The notes under the pieces were generated by a model. It ran no database searches. It saw only the letters and a program-made list of their open reading frames with translations, and was not told the origin of the DNA. A stretch of 64,000 nt of DNA from Antedon mediterranea (Eukaryota > Animalia > Echinodermata): NCBI RefSeq assembly GCF_964355755.1, contig NC_092678.1, positions 11,282,352 through 11,346,351 on the forward strand, read 5' to 3'. Below are positions 60,612 to 64,000 of the stretch, piece by piece; within the stretch, counting starts at the first letter, position 1, and every line of letters starts with the position of its first letter. A program made the position numbers and the translations under genes.

Positions 60612-61150
60612 GAGACATAGTGAGCCGGAGGTTGCACCTACTGTACTGGTTGTATCACTATTTGAGACATAGTGAGCCGGAGGTTGCACCTACTGGCACT
60701 GGTTGTATTACTATTTGAGACATAGCTGAGCCGGAGGTTGCACCTACTGGTTGTGTTACTGCTTGAGATACAGTTAGCCCGTGGTACACCCTGTGGTTGT
60801 GATACTGCTTTGCTGGTGGGTACACCTAGCCAGTGGTTAAGACTACTGGTGGTTACCCTGTTAGCCGGTACGTGGTTACGCCATTGTTGGTGGTTACGTT
60901 GCTGTGGAGGTTACACCATTGTTGGTAGTTACGTTGCTGTTGGAGGTTACACCATTGTGTTGGTGTACGTTGCTGGTTGGAGGTTACGCCATTGTTGGTG
61001 GTTACGTTGCTGTGGAGGTTACACCATTGTTGGTGGTTACGTTGCTGTGGAGGTTACACCATTGTTGGTGGTTACGTGCTGTGGAGGTTACACATTGTTG
61101 GTGGTTACGCTACTATTGGAGGTTACGTCATTACTGGTGGTTACGCTGTT
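60612..61150. repeat. Compound minisatellite: ~51-bp unit x3, then a 35-bp (18+17) GGTTAC-based unit
   Basis: GAGACATAGTGAGCCGGAGGTTGCACCTACTG... x3; GGTTACACCATTGTTGGT/GGTTACGTTGCTGTGGA repeated at 60870-61150. It probably lies in the 5' part of a minus-strand LINE (~60250-61530). Confidence 0.85.
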
Positions 61151-61634
61151 GTTTCAAGTCCGGCGTAATAGCAGAACTAATCTAATTAATTATTATAATC
61201 GGTTGTTACCAATAATTTGGAATCAAAGAAGAATAAAGGAGGTCACTCCAAAAATTGTAATTGATTTGTTTGTTTCATTCGAGTGTGCCGCAGTACCGCA
61301 GACCCCTCCCCCCAAAAGGGAACGAACCCGAGAGCGGATTTTCGTTACAATATTCCCGCACAATCCAAAATCATGAAGTTTCCAAAGAAGGTGTAGAGTG
61401 GCTGACACAAATAAGGAAGGAAGTTAGAGGGCATCATAATAAGCTGATCAACTGAAAACCAAGCTCCTATAAAATATTTATAAATCACTATTTCTGGCAT
61501 CTATCTCCATCCGATCGATCGCTGCAGTTTGACTACATTAGTAAGTAAGCAAGTAAGATAAAATAAATAATCAAAATGCCTATGCGACCTAGCTGTTAAA
61601 ACCCTTGTATACCATATCCACAACCTCACCAAGG

Positions 61635-63053
61635 AATTTTATATTTTGTGTCGAATACTATTTGCAGTATACATAGTATATTAAATCTGTATACATGTTA
61701 CAGTACATACAGTGTAGGATAGGTGAAATTACGGGGCTCATCATTTATTCCAATTTTTAACATGGTGACGGTATCAAAATGAAACGCTAATAGCTTCCAG
61801 AAAACGTTTTAATCGAGATTATCACATTTTATTCTTACGAGCTATAACAGATTAAAATTTACTGTAAAGATGAATTTAATGACCCACGTAATTTAAATTT
61901 TTAGGCATGATGACGTCATAACAATTATATATATTATATATTTCAATAACGAAAGAGACAAAAATCCTATATTTTACATTTGTGTGGCCATACGACGATG
62001 TCGTTGGTTAGCCATATTGATTCATGATTCGATATAACTCATCACCTTCCAGAATATGTAATTGAAAAAAGGTTCACCTCGTAGTTTAGAATCTATGATT
62101 GTTTAAAAAAAGGTATAATTTTGACGAAGTTTTCAACTTTTTTCTTAAAAACACGCGCAAATTGTACAATTCGACGTGCTCGTATGACGTAATTTTAAGT
62201 CGAAATTGTTTTAAAATTGGTAAAATTACTATAAAAGGTTGGAAAAACATAATTCGCGCAAAAAAAAAGATGTTTTTAGCGTTATGTGCGCACCACGAGC
62301 GTAAATTGTTCGCACAGGTGGGAATTTTTGACATGCTCAATCAGCGTAGAAAGTTGATTAGAAATTAATTTTGCGTATTTTTTATTTTAAATGCGCGTGC
62401 ACGCATAACTTCGTGTGAAATATGCCATTTTTAATGCACAAGAAGTTAGCGCAAGATATAAATTAAACTTTTGCTAAGTTTCAATTTAAATTGTTATATA
62501 GTTTTAAATCTATGTTAAATACGTGAAATTCATAATATCGCGCGTAAGTCACGTAGCGCATTTCGGACGTCATTCACAATAGGAGGTGCACAACTTCACG
62601 TGAATGCCCATATGTTGACAAAGTTATGAAATGTTATGTTTACACGTTTTTGAGATACACGAGACACAAAAATGAAAGAGAAATGCGCGTGCGCGCGTAA
62701 CTACTTGTAAAATATGCCATTTTTAATCCGCAAAAAGTTTGCCCTTGATATGACTTAAATTTTCACAAAGTGTCCATAAAAAATCACTTTTAGTTTTTAC
62801 CTTATGATAAATCATTGAAATTCATAAAATCGCGCGTAATTCACGTTGCAGAACTCTGAAGTCATTCAAAAATAGGAGGTGCACAACTTCACGTAAATGC
62901 CCACATGTTGTCAAAGTTATGAAACGTTATGTTTACACATTTCAGAGAAACGCGATCCACAAAAAAGGAAGGAAAGAAATAAGAATAATACAGAAAAAAA
63001 AAATGATGATCCCATACAATAACAAGGAGTTATCCGCCAAGTGCGGATAACTA
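61635..63053 (-). mobile_element. 3'-truncated HINE copy with ~295-bp internal duplication
   Basis: Colinear with 37800-39257; ends GAGTTATCCGCCAAGTGCGGATAACTA; 62390-62680 is repeated at 62681-62970. Confidence 0.88.
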
Positions 63054-63059
63054 ATTATA

Positions 63060-63430
63060 TCTTTAAGAGCATAATACAGAAGTTGGTTGTCATTACATCT
63101 CATTCCAAGGAATAAAAGTCTGGAATGCATTGCCAGATAAATTAAAAGAGATCACATCAATTTTTAGTTTTAAACTTGCACTTATCCCTTGTTTCCCTAA
63201 ATGCATCATCCATTGTTTAATAGTTATCAAATACTTTGTGTTGTGTAAGAGACTTTATGTAGACTTACTTATTATGTTTATGCTTATCATGTTATATTAT
63301 TTATTGATAATTGTAGATTCCCACACTAAAAGCTATTAAGCTTACAATAGGTACCAATTTCACTCAAACCATTATGTTAATATTTATCTATATAATTTTT
63401 TCTGTTGTGGTGAAATTTGAATTGAAATAA
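63060..63430 (+). mobile_element. 3' end of a CR1-group LINE
   Basis: TEVGCHYISFQGIKVWNALPDKLKEITSIFSFK, then AT-rich UTR and TTTGAATTGAA tail. Confidence 0.7.
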
Positions 63431-63828
63431 ATGTCTTCTGCCAATAATGAAATACTGCATCAATATCAGGAGGAGTGTCAAGATCAAACCCAATCATGAT
63501 ACAAAAGAAGTTGCTGAGAGTGACACAAGAGCGTCCCGGATAAAGCTACAGTTACTATAATAATTATTTTTATTAATTAACCACCAAGTACTTTACTCAT
63601 GACTGAACAAAATAATTATATTGTTGATTATAGTAAAAGAACCCTGATTAGAATTGATGGTTAAAAGCTTGGGTTTGGCAGCATCAATTTAACTGTTCCA
63701 TTATTCAAAATGTGCTATTTTTTTTACCATTTTGTTCTGTTAATATTAAAGACTATTCTCCAGTTTTAAAATAAATGTTGAATTTTAATAAAAATGTACT
63801 TACATTTGTAAGTGTTGTTGATTTTTAG

Positions 63829-63980
63829 AAAAAGTTGCAAAGAAATCTTTATCACAAAGGCAGGGAGGTGAAGAAGAGCCTGGAATGCGTGTTTGTAGAA
63901 ATTGTAAGAAGATGGTCCTGCGGGTACATCAACAAAACCAGGAAGGTTTTGTAAAGACAGATATTGTGCAACTATATGAG
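63829..63980 (+). CDS. RBSN: Rabenosyn-5 coding exon 5 (last FYVE CxxC and following helix); the gene continues past the window
   Basis: (E)KVAKKSLSQRQGGEEEPGMRVCRNCKKMVLRVHQQNQEGFVKTDIVQLYE; RVC motif and DIV.LYE as in rabenosyn-5; TTTTTAG acceptor, GT donor at 63981. Confidence 0.92.
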
Positions 63981-64000
63981 GTCAAGTTCTGAACCAAATT

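Noticed and set aside
60738-61376. 212-aa ORF and overlapping ORFs
   Set aside because: Translation of a minisatellite, with frame-switching repeated peptides and no domain

Overview
AT-rich, intron-containing animal genomic DNA. It is probably a marine invertebrate; this is an inference from the TE repertoire and the abundant TAGGCCTA low-complexity. It is not prokaryotic, and there is no CRISPR array or rRNA. One host gene is recognisable: rabenosyn-5 (RBSN/ZFYVE20) on the + strand. It has five coding exons (31087-31231, 31433-31573, 34213-34359, 58052-58213, 63829-63980) with phase-consistent GT-AG splicing, encoding the C2H2 finger and FYVE domain, and it continues beyond the window. Almost everything else is nested transposon material: the end of an unknown spliced CCHC-protein gene followed by a piggyBac-like terminus, a three-level nest of foldback/Mutator-like elements, an intron-containing hAT transposase pseudogene interrupted by a 6.8-kb Academ-like foldback, several decayed CR1/L2-group LINEs, two Penelope-like insertions with inverted terminal repeats, a Helentron-associated (HINE) family, hAT-like elements with unusual 5-bp and 7-bp TSDs, Harbinger- and Kolobok-type MITEs, and an Academ transposase remnant. 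The most unusual signals are: (i) 20-45 bp hairpin mini-elements (CCATGGAG...CTCCATGG) that insert into GG-TNNNA-CC sites, regenerate that site and stack into arrays; (ii) a Penelope-borne hammerhead-like motif with a swapped G3-C8 pair and G12A; (iii) a MITE flanked by a 398-bp direct duplication; (iv) inverted HINE copies bracketing the frame-preserving FYVE exon. All alignments were done by eye and family names rest on termini, TSDs and recalled motifs, not on database searches.
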